DNA of 64,000 bases from a bacterium. GTDB taxonomy: Bacteria; Patescibacteriota; Saccharimonadia; Saccharimonadales; UBA4665. The first letter of the stretch is position 1; every line of letters begins with the position of its first letter. The translations under genes and the position numbers were made by a program. Under the pieces are notes generated by a model. The model made no database searches. It was not told the DNA's origin and worked only from the letters and a program-made list of their open reading frames with translations. The stretch covers positions 50,623 through 114,622 of the forward strand of contig JAJYIP010000001.1 in the NCBI GenBank assembly GCA_021790005.1, in the 5' to 3' direction. Positions 28,904-39,000 of the stretch are shown here, in pieces.

Positions 28904-31900
28904 TTGCGAGATATACACACACAAAGCAAACATGGAGTGAAAGATTTTCGAAACTTAGATAGAAAATCCTATGAGAATAGTGACTTAAACCTGTCCGGAA
29001 TGACTCATGCCAGGTGCTTGAGCCAACCGCAAAAGCTGACTAAACAACTAATAGACACGCACGCTAAAGTTCACAATAATGTACACTGCCGGGCAATAAG
29101 ACGCTTTCTGTCTAAACACAAGCCAACCAGGCGGATCATCAAGCAATACTTTCACTCCAAGCTGATCATCAAGCACTGGCTTAAACGTTTGTTTCCGCCT
29201 ATCAAGCGAGCCAAAGATGCTATTAGGTATGTGGTTTACGCAGTCGTTATCCTGAGCGTCAGTCTAAGTCCGCTGATTGTCTACGTGCACGGTTCAGGAC
29301 CTAAAACCTTATCTTATCAAGCTGGCTTGTTGCTTAACAAACCCGACATGAAATTATTTAACGGCACCAGACTTGATCTAGCCAAGAATGATTATGTAGT
29401 CAATGAAAGTGGTCTAGGAGCCGTTAGTCGCTTGCCACAAAACGTTTTGGTCGGTCAGCCCGGTACTGGGATTTACAGCGCCAGGATCCCGGTCGATTTA
29501 AGTAAGGGTATTTCCATAACTGATGACATTAATAATCTAAGCTTCGGTTTAACGCCTGACTTTACAACTTCCACCGTCAATAAAACGTCAAGCGGTCACT
29601 TCGTTTACAACCTTGGCAACGGCGCCGTCCAAGCCGTTTACACCCCTCAAAAAACTCAATTGGCTGAGGATATAGTAGTTAATCATAACGTCGGTAATGT
29701 TTTAGAGTTTCCATATACTCTCAATCTGCCTAAAGGTTTTAAAGCCTTTAGTATTGCTGGTGGCAGCATTGGTATTGAAGGTGCCGGCAATGTTGATTTC
29801 AGCCTGACAGCTCCTGTTATAAAACAAAGCAACGCTCAGACCATAAAATCTTCAACCACCAAACTAATCCTCAAGAAAAACAAAGTCTATCTCTTAGCCG
29901 TAGGACTTAAACAGCTATCTTATCCAATATCTATTGACCCTAGTATTACCATTAACACCCAAACCAATTTCAACGCCGGCAACAACGAAGGCGACATCAA
30001 CGCCACTAATAGCCAGTTCAGTGAAGGGCAGGCAACAGGTGGAGCGCTTGATCCTTGCGGAGCCAATTGGGCTCAGGGAATACCCGGTTGGTGTTACAGC
30101 GGCAATGCCACCACCAGCCTGCCGGCCGCCACCGAATATGCCACCTCCGTTGTCTACAACGGCTATGTCTATGAGATCGGAGGATGGAACGGGTCTGCCG
30201 GTGTTACCACCGTCGATTACGCACCGATCTACGCCGACGGTGCGCTTGGCACCTGGACCGCCACTACTAGCCTTCCGGCCGCCACCGACGGTGCCACTTC
30301 CGTCGTCTACAACGGCTATGTTTATGAGATAGGAGGATATACTACGGCCGCCCTTGCCACCGTCGACTACGCCCCGATTAATTCTAATGGTACGCTGGGC
30401 ACATGGACCGCCACCACCAGTTTGCCGGCCGCCAACGATAGTGCCACCTCCGTCGTCTATAACGGCTATGTCTATCAGATAGGGGGAGGTAACGGGTCTG
30501 CCTATCTCGCCACCGTCGACTATGCTCCAATAAACTCTAACGGCACGCTTGGCACCTGGACCGCCACTACCAGTTTGCTGGCAGCCACTGAATACGCCAC
30601 CTCCGTCGTCTATAACGGCTATGTCTATGAGATCGGAGGATGGAACGGGTCTGTCGTCGTTACCACCGTCGATTATGCCCCGATCAACGCCAACGGCACG
30701 CTCGGTACCTGGACCGCCACCACCAGCCTGCCTGCCACCACCGAATATGCCACTTCCGTCGTCTACAACGGCTATGTCTATGAGATTGGAGGATATACTA
30801 CGGCCGCCCTTGCCACCGTAGACTACGCCCCAATAAACGCCAACGGCACGCTCGGCACATGGACCGCCACCACCAGCCTGCCGGCCGCTACCGATAGTGC
30901 CACCTCCGTCGTCTATAACGGCTATGTCTATGAGATAGGAGGGGTCACTACGGTCGTCGTTGCTACCGTCGACTACGCCCCGATCAACGCCAACGGCGCG
31001 CTGGGCACATGGACTGCCACCAACAGCCTGCCGGCCACCACCGAAGACGCCACCTCCGTCGTATATAATGGCTACGTCTACGAGATAGGGGGATATAATG
31101 GTTCTGCCTATCTCGCCACCGTCGACTATGCTCCAATAAACTCTAACGGCACGCTTGGTGCATGGACTGCCACCACCAGCCTACCGGCCACCACCATCTT
31201 CGCCACCTCCGTTGTCTACAACGGCTATGTCTACGAGATCGGAGGATGGAACGGGTCTGCCGGTGTTACCACCGTCGACTACGCTCCAATAAACTCTAAT
31301 GGCACAATCGGTGCATGGACCGCCACCAACAGCCTGCCGGCCACCACCGAAGACGCCACCTCCGTCGTCTACAACGGCTACGTCTACGAGATAGGGGGAG
31401 ATAATGGAACTGCCGCCGTTGCCACCGTCGTCCTGGTTAGTATATTTCCAGCAGGTTATATAGGTAACCCAACCGGTTCAGGTCAAAATGGGTGGGGATC
31501 AACAACCGGATTACCGGCTACCAAATCGAAAGGGCAGTCTTATTACCCGTACGACGCCACCTCCGTCGTCTATAACGGCTATGTTTATGAGATAGGGGGA
31601 GTTGATTCTGGTGCCACTGCCACCGTCGACTACGCACCAATAAACGCCAACGGCACGCTCGGTGCATGGACCGCCACTACCAGTTTGCTGGCCGCTACCC
31701 AAGACGCCACTTCCGTCGTCTATAACGGCTATGTTTATGAGATTGGAGGATATAATGGAACTGCCGCCGTTGCCACCGTCGACTACGCACCAATCAACTC
31801 TAACGGCACGCTCGGTGCATGGACCGCCACTACCAGCCTGCTGGCCGCTACCCAACAAGCCACCTCCGTCGTCTATAGCGGCTATGTTTATGAGATTGGA

Positions 31901-33799
31901 GGATATAATGGAACTGCCGCCGTTGCCACCGTCGACTACGCACCAATCAACTCTAACGGCACGCTCGGTGCATGGACCGCCACTACCAGTTTGCTGGCCG
32001 TCACCGAATATGCCACTTCCGTCGTCTATAACGGCTATGTCTATGAGATAGGGGGAGATAACGGGTCTGCAACCCTCGCTACCGTCGACTACGCCCCGAT
32101 CAACGCCAACGGCACGCTGGGCACATGGACCGCCACCACCAGCCTGCCGGACGCCAATTACCAGGCCACCTCCGTCGTATATAATGGCTACATTTATGAG
32201 ATCGGGGGTTGGAGATATACTACCGCTCTCTCTGCCACCGTCGACTATGCCCCGATCAACGCCAACGGCACGCTGGGCACATGGACCGCCACCACCAGCC
32301 TGCCGTCCGCCACCTACGCTGCCACTTCCGTCGTATATAACGGCTACGTCTACGAGATCGGAGGATGGAACGGGTCTGCCGGTGTTACCAACGTCGACTA
32401 TGGGTTTATCAACAACGGAGGACCAGGAACTACAGGTTCTTATACTACCACCACCAGTTTGCCCGGCGCCGCCTATGATGTCACCTCCGTTATCTACAAC
32501 GGCTATGTCTATGAGATTGGGGGATATACCGGTTCTGCCAATCTAGCCTTTGTCGACTACGCCCCAATAAATTCTAATGGCACACTTGGCGCGTGGACCG
32601 CTGCCACTAGCCTGCCGACTGCCACCAATGATGCCACCTCCGTCGCCTACAACGGCTATGTCTATGAGATCGGAGGGAATACCAGCTCTGGTATTGTTTC
32701 CACCGTCGATTACGCCCCAATAAATTCTGACGGCACGCTTGGGTCGTGGACCGCTACCACCAGCCTGCCGGTTACCACTGATCTAGCCACCTCCGTCGCC
32801 TACAACGGCTATGTCTATGAGATCGGAGGATATAACGGTTCTGCCATCACCGCCACCGTCGATTACGCCCCAATTAATGCCAACGGCACGCTTGGGTCGT
32901 GGACCGCTACCACCAGCCTGCCGGTTACCACTGATCTAGCCACCTCCGTCGCCTACAACGGCTATGTCTATGAGATCGGAGGATATAACGGTTCTGCCAT
33001 CACCGCCACCATCGACTACGCCCCAATAAATTCTGACGGCACGCTTGGGTCGTGGACCGCTACCACCAGCCTGTCGGTCGGCACTGATCAAGCCACCTCC
33101 GTCGCCTACAACGGCTATGTCTATGAGATCGGAGGGGCTACCGCCACCGTCGATTACGCCCCAATAAATTCTGACGGCACGCTTGGGTCGTGGACCGCTA
33201 CCACCAGCCTGCCAGCTGCCATATCTAGTGCCACCTCCGTCGTTTACAACGGCTATGTCTATGAGATCGGGGGATATACCAGTGCTCCCGTTGCCACCAT
33301 CGACTACGCCCCACTGAATGTCATTCCCAGAATTGGTTACTACTCTATGCTGGTTAATGTAGGCTATGGTGTTGATGTAACACCGGTTTCTATTCTGGTA
33401 AACGGTAGCAATACAGGCAATCCTGGCATAGGAGGATTAGCCGGTGTTGGTTCAGGTGGTATGCAAATAACATATAGCAATGCGTCGACGACGTGTACTA
33501 CGCTCAGTCCGGAAAAATACGTTAACCTGATCGATAATGAACTGACCAATCCTTTCGCTATGCCCTTAACTAATGACGGGTGCGGTAATACTACGGCGGT
33601 GGGAGATGATGTTTTTGTCAGGTTTACGCTTGATGACAGTCAGACAGCGACCTTCCCAGATATTAACGGCAACCATACCACCATTACAGGTTTTAATATC
33701 TTTTACCATCCAGCCAGCAGTATGAGACTCAGGGGAGGTGCTACTTTCAGCAACGGTTCATTGCAGAGTCTGGATGCGCCACCTACGCCCGTACAGTAG
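28904..33799 (+). CDS. Giant membrane-anchored surface protein with 21 tandem Kelch-like repeats
   Basis: 1631 aa. TTG start with a GAGGGG Shine-Dalgarno 6 nt upstream (alternative ATG at 28932). Basic N-terminal region of about 105 aa, one TM segment (YVVYAVVILSVSLSPLIVYV), a non-repetitive region of about 270 aa, 21 units matching the Kelch pattern (VDYAPIN.NGTLG.WTATTSLP....ATSVVYNGYVYEIGG), then a unique C-terminal domain of about 190 aa. Confidence 0.85.
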   Translation: MRDIHTQSKHGVKDFRNLDRKSYENSDLNLSGMTHARCLSQPQKLTKQLIDTHAKVHNNVHCRAIRRFLSKHKPTRRIIKQYFHSKLIIKHWLKRLFPPIKRAKDAIRYVVYAVVILSVSLSPLIVYVHGSGPKTLSYQAGLLLNKPDMKLFNGTRLDLAKNDYVVNESGLGAVSRLPQNVLVGQPGTGIYSARIPVDLSKGISITDDINNLSFGLTPDFTTSTVNKTSSGHFVYNLGNGAVQAVYTPQKTQLAEDIVVNHNVGNVLEFPYTLNLPKGFKAFSIAGGSIGIEGAGNVDFSLTAPVIKQSNAQTIKSSTTKLILKKNKVYLLAVGLKQLSYPISIDPSITINTQTNFNAGNNEGDINATNSQFSEGQATGGALDPCGANWAQGIPGWCYSGNATTSLPAATEYATSVVYNGYVYEIGGWNGSAGVTTVDYAPIYADGALGTWTATTSLPAATDGATSVVYNGYVYEIGGYTTAALATVDYAPINSNGTLGTWTATTSLPAANDSATSVVYNGYVYQIGGGNGSAYLATVDYAPINSNGTLGTWTATTSLLAATEYATSVVYNGYVYEIGGWNGSVVVTTVDYAPINANGTLGTWTATTSLPATTEYATSVVYNGYVYEIGGYTTAALATVDYAPINANGTLGTWTATTSLPAATDSATSVVYNGYVYEIGGVTTVVVATVDYAPINANGALGTWTATNSLPATTEDATSVVYNGYVYEIGGYNGSAYLATVDYAPINSNGTLGAWTATTSLPATTIFATSVVYNGYVYEIGGWNGSAGVTTVDYAPINSNGTIGAWTATNSLPATTEDATSVVYNGYVYEIGGDNGTAAVATVVLVSIFPAGYIGNPTGSGQNGWGSTTGLPATKSKGQSYYPYDATSVVYNGYVYEIGGVDSGATATVDYAPINANGTLGAWTATTSLLAATQDATSVVYNGYVYEIGGYNGTAAVATVDYAPINSNGTLGAWTATTSLLAATQQATSVVYSGYVYEIGGYNGTAAVATVDYAPINSNGTLGAWTATTSLLAVTEYATSVVYNGYVYEIGGDNGSATLATVDYAPINANGTLGTWTATTSLPDANYQATSVVYNGYIYEIGGWRYTTALSATVDYAPINANGTLGTWTATTSLPSATYAATSVVYNGYVYEIGGWNGSAGVTNVDYGFINNGGPGTTGSYTTTTSLPGAAYDVTSVIYNGYVYEIGGYTGSANLAFVDYAPINSNGTLGAWTAATSLPTATNDATSVAYNGYVYEIGGNTSSGIVSTVDYAPINSDGTLGSWTATTSLPVTTDLATSVAYNGYVYEIGGYNGSAITATVDYAPINANGTLGSWTATTSLPVTTDLATSVAYNGYVYEIGGYNGSAITATIDYAPINSDGTLGSWTATTSLSVGTDQATSVAYNGYVYEIGGATATVDYAPINSDGTLGSWTATTSLPAAISSATSVVYNGYVYEIGGYTSAPVATIDYAPLNVIPRIGYYSMLVNVGYGVDVTPVSILVNGSNTGNPGIGGLAGVGSGGMQITYSNASTTCTTLSPEKYVNLIDNELTNPFAMPLTNDGCGNTTAVGDDVFVRFTLDDSQTATFPDINGNHTTITGFNIFYHPASSMRLRGGATFSNGSLQSLDAPPTPVQ
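30107..33318 (+). repeat. In-frame tandem repeat array, 21 units, mostly 153 bp (138-200 bp range)
   Basis: Counted from 21 occurrences of Y(N/S)GY(V/I)Y(E/Q)IGG in the translation. Successive TGG (Trp) landmarks at 32747, 32900 and 33053 are exactly 153 nt apart. Confidence 0.9.
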
Positions 33800-33873
33800 T
33801 TAATTATATTTTTGCCTTAATTTGGTATCGGATCTATGCAAATTCGCCCTCTGATGCTAGACTATGTCTTTGT

Positions 33874-35160
33874 ATGAAAATAACCTCTGAAGCCATTAAT
33901 AAGACCAAAGTTAAACTTGACATACAGGCGGACTTAAGCGAGCTAGCTCTTGCTAAGAAACAGGCGCTAACTAACCTAGCTCGTAACGTCAGAGTGCCGG
34001 GGTTTAGAGCCGGCAGTGCTCCGGCAGCAATGGTTGAAAAGCAACTTGACCCGAATGTTTTAGCTGAAGAGACGCTCAATCTTGCTCTTAATGCCATCTA
34101 CTCGACGGCTTTAATTCAAGAGAAACTAAGAGCAGTCAATAATCCGGAAATAAGCGTTACTGTCTACGTGCCATATACCCAGTTAGAGTTTAGCGCTACG
34201 CTAGATATTGTCGGTAAGCTTAGCTTAGGCCAATACAAAGACTTAAACGTAGCCAAGGATATGGTTAATGTCTCTAGTAAAGAAGTCAACCAAGTTATCG
34301 AGAGACTAAGAAATCAACTGGCAATGAAAAATGAAGTCGATCGGGCAGCCAAAAACGGTGATGAAGTAGTATTGGATTTTAAGGGCGTAGACACTAAAAC
34401 TAAAGAGCCTATCTCAGGAGCTGACGGCAAAGATTATCCGCTGATTCTTGGCAGTAATAGTTTTATTCCCGGATTTGAAGATCAGTTGATCGGACTTAAG
34501 AAAGATGAGACTAAGGATTTTGACATTACTTTTCCCGAAGATTACGGGGCTACTAATCTAAGAAAAAAGCAAGTCAGCTTTAATGTAAGCATCAAAAGCG
34601 TCAACGAGCGCTCTTTGCCAACGGTGGATGATGCCATGGCTAAACTCGTCGGACCGTTTACCACCCTAAGTGAACTTAAAGCCGACATTAAAAAAGAGCT
34701 GAGCACAAATGCTGAACGTGAAGCGGCCTCCAAGCAGCAGAATGAATTACTAGAAAAAATTGTCTCAGCGTCTAACGTAGACATACCAGAAGCTTTAATC
34801 GATGAAGAAACCGATCGATTGGAGCGTGAGCAAAGACAAAACGCCACTTATGGTGGACTGACTTGGAAAGAGTATTTAGAGCGTGACAATTTAGATGAGA
34901 CCTCTTTTAAAGAGCTGGCAAAACAACAAGCGCTCATCCGTATCAAGACGGGCCTGATTCTTGGCGAGATTGCCGCTCAAGAAAATATTACGGTCACTGA
35001 AGCTGAGCTGGATGCTAAGATGGATGAACTCAAGTCGACCTATACCGGTGATCAAGCGATGCAAACTGAACTTAAGAAGCCAGAGAACCGTCAGGACATT
35101 AAAAACCGGCTGATGGTTGAAAAGACTATCGAGTACTTGGTCTCCGTTAACAAAAAGTAG
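33874..35160 (+). CDS. tig: Trigger factor
   Basis: 428 aa. Ribosome-binding N-domain (GFRAGSAP signature), FKBP-type PPIase middle domain and C-terminal arm domain. Confidence 0.92.
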   Translation: MKITSEAINKTKVKLDIQADLSELALAKKQALTNLARNVRVPGFRAGSAPAAMVEKQLDPNVLAEETLNLALNAIYSTALIQEKLRAVNNPEISVTVYVPYTQLEFSATLDIVGKLSLGQYKDLNVAKDMVNVSSKEVNQVIERLRNQLAMKNEVDRAAKNGDEVVLDFKGVDTKTKEPISGADGKDYPLILGSNSFIPGFEDQLIGLKKDETKDFDITFPEDYGATNLRKKQVSFNVSIKSVNERSLPTVDDAMAKLVGPFTTLSELKADIKKELSTNAEREAASKQQNELLEKIVSASNVDIPEALIDEETDRLEREQRQNATYGGLTWKEYLERDNLDETSFKELAKQQALIRIKTGLILGEIAAQENITVTEAELDAKMDELKSTYTGDQAMQTELKKPENRQDIKNRLMVEKTIEYLVSVNKK

Positions 35161-35177
35161 ACAAGCTAGGTTACTTA

Positions 35178-35204
35178 TTGGCACTCTTGACTTGTGAGTG
35201 CCAA
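35178..35204 (+). promoter_or_regulatory. CIRCE-like (HrcA-type) inverted repeat upstream of clpP
   Basis: TTGGCACTC-ttgacttgt-GAGTGCCAA is a perfect 9+9 inverted repeat with a 9-nt spacer and matches the CIRCE consensus at 16 of 18 positions. The spacer again contains TTGACT (35187-92), with TATTCT 18 nt downstream (35211-16). The clpP ATG is at 35226. Confidence 0.7.
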
Positions 35205-35225
35205 GAGATGTATTCTAGATAAACT

Positions 35226-35843
35226 ATGAATCCATACAGCAAATTTTCGTCTCAGGTATTAGTCCCAACTGTCGTTGAGCAAGACGGCCGGTTTGAACGA
35301 GCTTACGATATCTACTCTCGTCTGTTAAAAGAACGCATCATATTTTTAGGTACGGACATTAACGAAGCAAGTTCCAATATAGTGGTAGCGCAACTATTGT
35401 TTTTACAGGCTGAAGATCCCAAAAAAGATATTTACCTGTATATCAACAGCCCTGGCGGGTCGGTGTATGACGCTCTGGCAATTTATGACACCATGCAATA
35501 CGTGCAAAACGACATCCAGACCGTTGGAATTGGCGTACAAGCTTCCGCCGCCGCCTTTATTCTAAGCAGTGGTACGCCAGGTAAGCGCTTTTTACTGCCC
35601 AGCGCTACTGTCATGATTCATCAGCCGTCCAGTGGCACGCAAGGCAAGCTAACCGATCAGGAAATCTCTTTAAAAGAGGGCTTAAGACTTAAGAAACTAC
35701 TGGAGAGCATTATGGCTAAAAACACCGGTCAGTCTTTAGCTAAGATCCATGAAGACATGGAACGCGACAAATGGCTTAGCGCCGAAGAAGCCAAAAAGTA
35801 TGGTATCGTCGACGATATCTTCAAATCCAATAAAATTAAGTAA
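35226..35843 (+). CDS. clpP: ATP-dependent Clp protease proteolytic subunit ClpP
   Basis: 205 aa. ERIIFLG, catalytic Ser context ([14 protein letters not shown]) and His context (MIHQP). Confidence 0.95.
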   Translation: MNPYSKFSSQVLVPTVVEQDGRFERAYDIYSRLLKERIIFLGTDINEASSNIVVAQLLFLQAEDPKKDIYLYINSPGGSVYDALAIYDTMQYVQNDIQTVGIGVQASAAAFILSSGTPGKRFLLPSATVMIHQPSSGTQGKLTDQEISLKEGLRLKKLLESIMAKNTGQSLAKIHEDMERDKWLSAEEAKKYGIVDDIFKSNKIK

Positions 35844-36065
35844 TCCATCTACAAAATTACATCACTGGTCTATTGACTCTTGCTGGTAATGTGTCAAACT
35901 TTAATGTAAGAAGCAGTGTAAGATGGGGAATTTGTATGCTAAGCATAACTAAAGATTTCCCTTTATCTTAGGTACCTTCGTCGTCTAAAATCTCTAAATT
36001 ATCTAACAAATAAAAGATCGATTAATTTACCAAGGCTAAATTATAAGGGGGCGTATTAAGAGCGT

Positions 36066-39000
36066 ATGGCGAAGACTAGTGCCTATATTGTAAACAAAAA
36101 AACTGACAGAGTATATTTTACAAAACAAAACGACGCAGTTGAACTGCCGAATCTAATCGACCACCAGAACCGTTCATTTAAGTGGTTTGTTGAAGAGGGT
36201 TTGGGTGAGTTGCTATCGGAAATCAGCCCGATCGATGATTATACCCAAGGAAAACTTTCCTTAAGTTTTAAAGATTATCATTTTGACGCCCCGAAACTTA
36301 GCGAAAGCGAAGCCAGAGAAAATAATGTCAGCTTTGAAGCGCCCCTAAAGGCGACGGTCGTACTAACCAACAAGGTTACCGGCGAAGTAAAAGAACAGGA
36401 AATTTATTTAGGCGATTATCCTTGGATGACCAGCCGCGGAACGTTTGTTATCAACGGAGCAGAGCGAGTGGTTGTCAGTCAGTTAATCCGTTCGGCTGGT
36501 GTATTCTTTACCCGCGAACAACATGCGGCCAGCTATTGCTACGGTGCTAAGGTCATACCCGGGCGTGGTGCCTGGCTGGAGTTTGAAACTGCCGCCAATG
36601 GTGCTATTTATGTAAAAATTGACCGTAAGCGTAAGCTTGCTGTCACCACCCTATTTAGGGCGCTTGGTATGACCGAGACAAGTATGCGCGAAGCCTTTGC
36701 TCATGTTGACAGCGGTAAGTTCAGCTATCTAGAAGCGACTCTGGAAAAAGATCCAACCAAGGGTCAAAACGATGCCTTAATTGAAGTCTATAGGCGACTA
36801 AGACCGGGCGATTTGGCAACCGTAGACAACGCCAAAAGCTTGATCGAGAACATGTTTTACAACTTTAAACGTTTTGACTTTTCCCGTGTCGGTCGTTATA
36901 AGATCAACAAACGTTTAAACCTTGATGTGCCTAATACCACTGAGAATCGTGTACTTAGATTGGAAGATCTGAAGGCTATAGTGGCTGAGATAATTCGTCT
37001 GAATAACACACAAGAGCCGGCTGACGATATTGACAGCTTGGCTAACCGTCGCATTAAATTAGTCGGCGAATTGGTCCAACGTCAATTTAGAATTGGCCTA
37101 CTTAGAATGGATCGTAACACTAAGGATCGTATGAGCATGAGCGAAATTGAATCAGTTCAACCGGCTCAACTCATCAATGCCCGTCCGGTCGTGGCTGCCG
37201 TTCGCGAATTCTTTGCCTCCAGTCAGTTAAGTCAGTTCATGGATCAGATTAACCCGTTAAGCGAACTGGCCCATAAGCGCCGCTTAAGTTCAATGGGACC
37301 TGGTGGTTTAAGCCGCGAAAGAGCCGGCTTTGAAGTCCGTGACGCCCATGCCACGCATTATGGTCGAATTTGTGCCGTCGAAACGCCAGAAGGTGCCAAC
37401 ATCGGCCTAGTTCTTAACCTGGCTAACTATGCCCGGGTTAACGACTACGGGTTTATAGAAACAGCCTATCGCAGGGTTATTAACTCTGCCACCACTAAGG
37501 ATATTGTCGGACATATTGCCGCCGTGGATTACGAAGACGAGAATGGTAAGGTTATTGTACAAGCCGGAAAAACCATCACGGCCGCCGACGCCGCCAAATT
37601 AGCGAAAATTAAAAACCAGCTAACCTGGCCGGTTAAAGCCAAAGTCACAAAAGATGTGGTCTATTTAGATGCCAGTGAAGAAGAGTCGGCGGTGATTGCC
37701 GGTGCCGGTAACTTAACTGATGATAACGGTTACTTTATTGAGGACCGCGTCAGTGCTCGTAGTTACTTAAATTCCGGCGAAGTTGACGCCAATGAAGTTA
37801 ACTACATGGACGCCGCTCGCAATCAAATCGTTGGTAGCAGCGCCGGACTGATTCCTTTCATTGAGAAGAACTACGTTTACCGTTCTCTAATGGGTAGTAA
37901 CCAACAAAGACAGGCTGTACCTCTAATCCAACCATCCGCTCCAATAGTCGGTACGGGTCTGGAAGGACCAGCCGCACTTAATACCGGCCAGGTAATTCTT
38001 GCAGAAGACGACGGTGAGGTTATTAAGGCTACCGCTAATGAGATAACCGTCAAGTACAAGGGCGGAACTGTTAATTACGAACCTCTACATTTCATCCGTT
38101 CCAACGAAGGGACGTCAATTAACCAAAAAGTCGTTGTTAATACCGGCGATAAGGTTAAAAAAGGTGAAGTTATGGCTGAAGGCATGTCAATCGCAAACGG
38201 CGAACTGGCCCTTGGTAAAGACCTAGTTGTCGCATTTATGCCCTGGAGTGGCTATAATTTTGAAGACGCTATAATTATTTCTAGGAAACTGGTCGAAGAT
38301 GATACTTTAACCTCAGTTCATATTGTCGATTTCATGACAGAAGTTCGAGAAACCAAACTTGGGCCAGAGATAGTCACGCGGGATATTCCGAACGTGTCCG
38401 AAGAGTCGCTCAGACACTTGGATGATGACGGTATTGTCAGGATCGGTGCTGAAGTCCATCCAGGAGATATTCTGGTCGGGAAAATTACACCCAAAGGCGA
38501 ACAGGAACTAAGTTCTGAGGAACGGTTATTGCGCGCCATTTTCGGTGAGAAAGCCAAAGAAGTTAGAGATACGTCGCAGCGCATGAGTAATGGCAAGCAT
38601 GGTAAGGTCGTAGGTGTAAAGATCTTCAGCCGTGACAACGGCCATGAACTCAAGGCCGGAGTCATTATGCAGATTCAGGTTTTCGTCGCTCAAATGCGAA
38701 AAATATCTGTCGGTGACAAATTAGGCGGCCGACACGGTAACAAGGGTGTCATAGCTCGTATTCTACCGATTGAAGACATGCCGTTTATGGAAGATGGTAC
38801 TCCTGTGGATATCATATTGAACCCGCTAGGTGTGCCTTCTAGAATGAATATTGGCCAGCTGTTTGAAACACATCTCGGCATGGCAGCCAGAGCGCTGGGC
38901 ATTCGTGTCGCTAGTCCCTCATTTAATGGTGTACCAAAAGAGAAGATTGAAGATTTACTGAAGGACGCCGGTTTACCAATTGACGGTAAGCAACAACTTT

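Noticed and set aside
28912-28924. Short (CA)4-5 tract right after the TTG start of the giant gene, considered as a possible phase-variation switch.
   Set aside because: Only about 4.5 dinucleotide units, which is shorter than tracts known to slip at appreciable rates. There is no supporting evidence.
29934-32546. Five Pro-rich alternative-frame ORFs from the ORF track inside the giant gene: 29934..30332 (+), 30549..30821 (+), 31662..32051 (+), 32184..32546 (+) and 31511..31858 (-).
   Set aside because: They are frame-shifted or reverse readings of the same 153-bp tandem unit. The lack of stops is simply propagated by the repeat. The long frame with Kelch-like periodicity explains the region.
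30107-33318. Possible CRISPR array or diversity-generating retroelement target, suggested by the regular repeats.
   Set aside because: The repeats are contiguous, with no repeat and spacer alternation, and they are in frame and coding with a 153-bp period. No cas genes, reverse transcriptase or template repeat are visible in the window.
35935-35947. 13-bp palindrome TATGCT-a-AGCATA in the clpP-rpoB spacer, considered as a possible operator.
   Set aside because: Palindromes with 6-bp arms are expected by chance many times in 64 kb, and I noticed no second copy.
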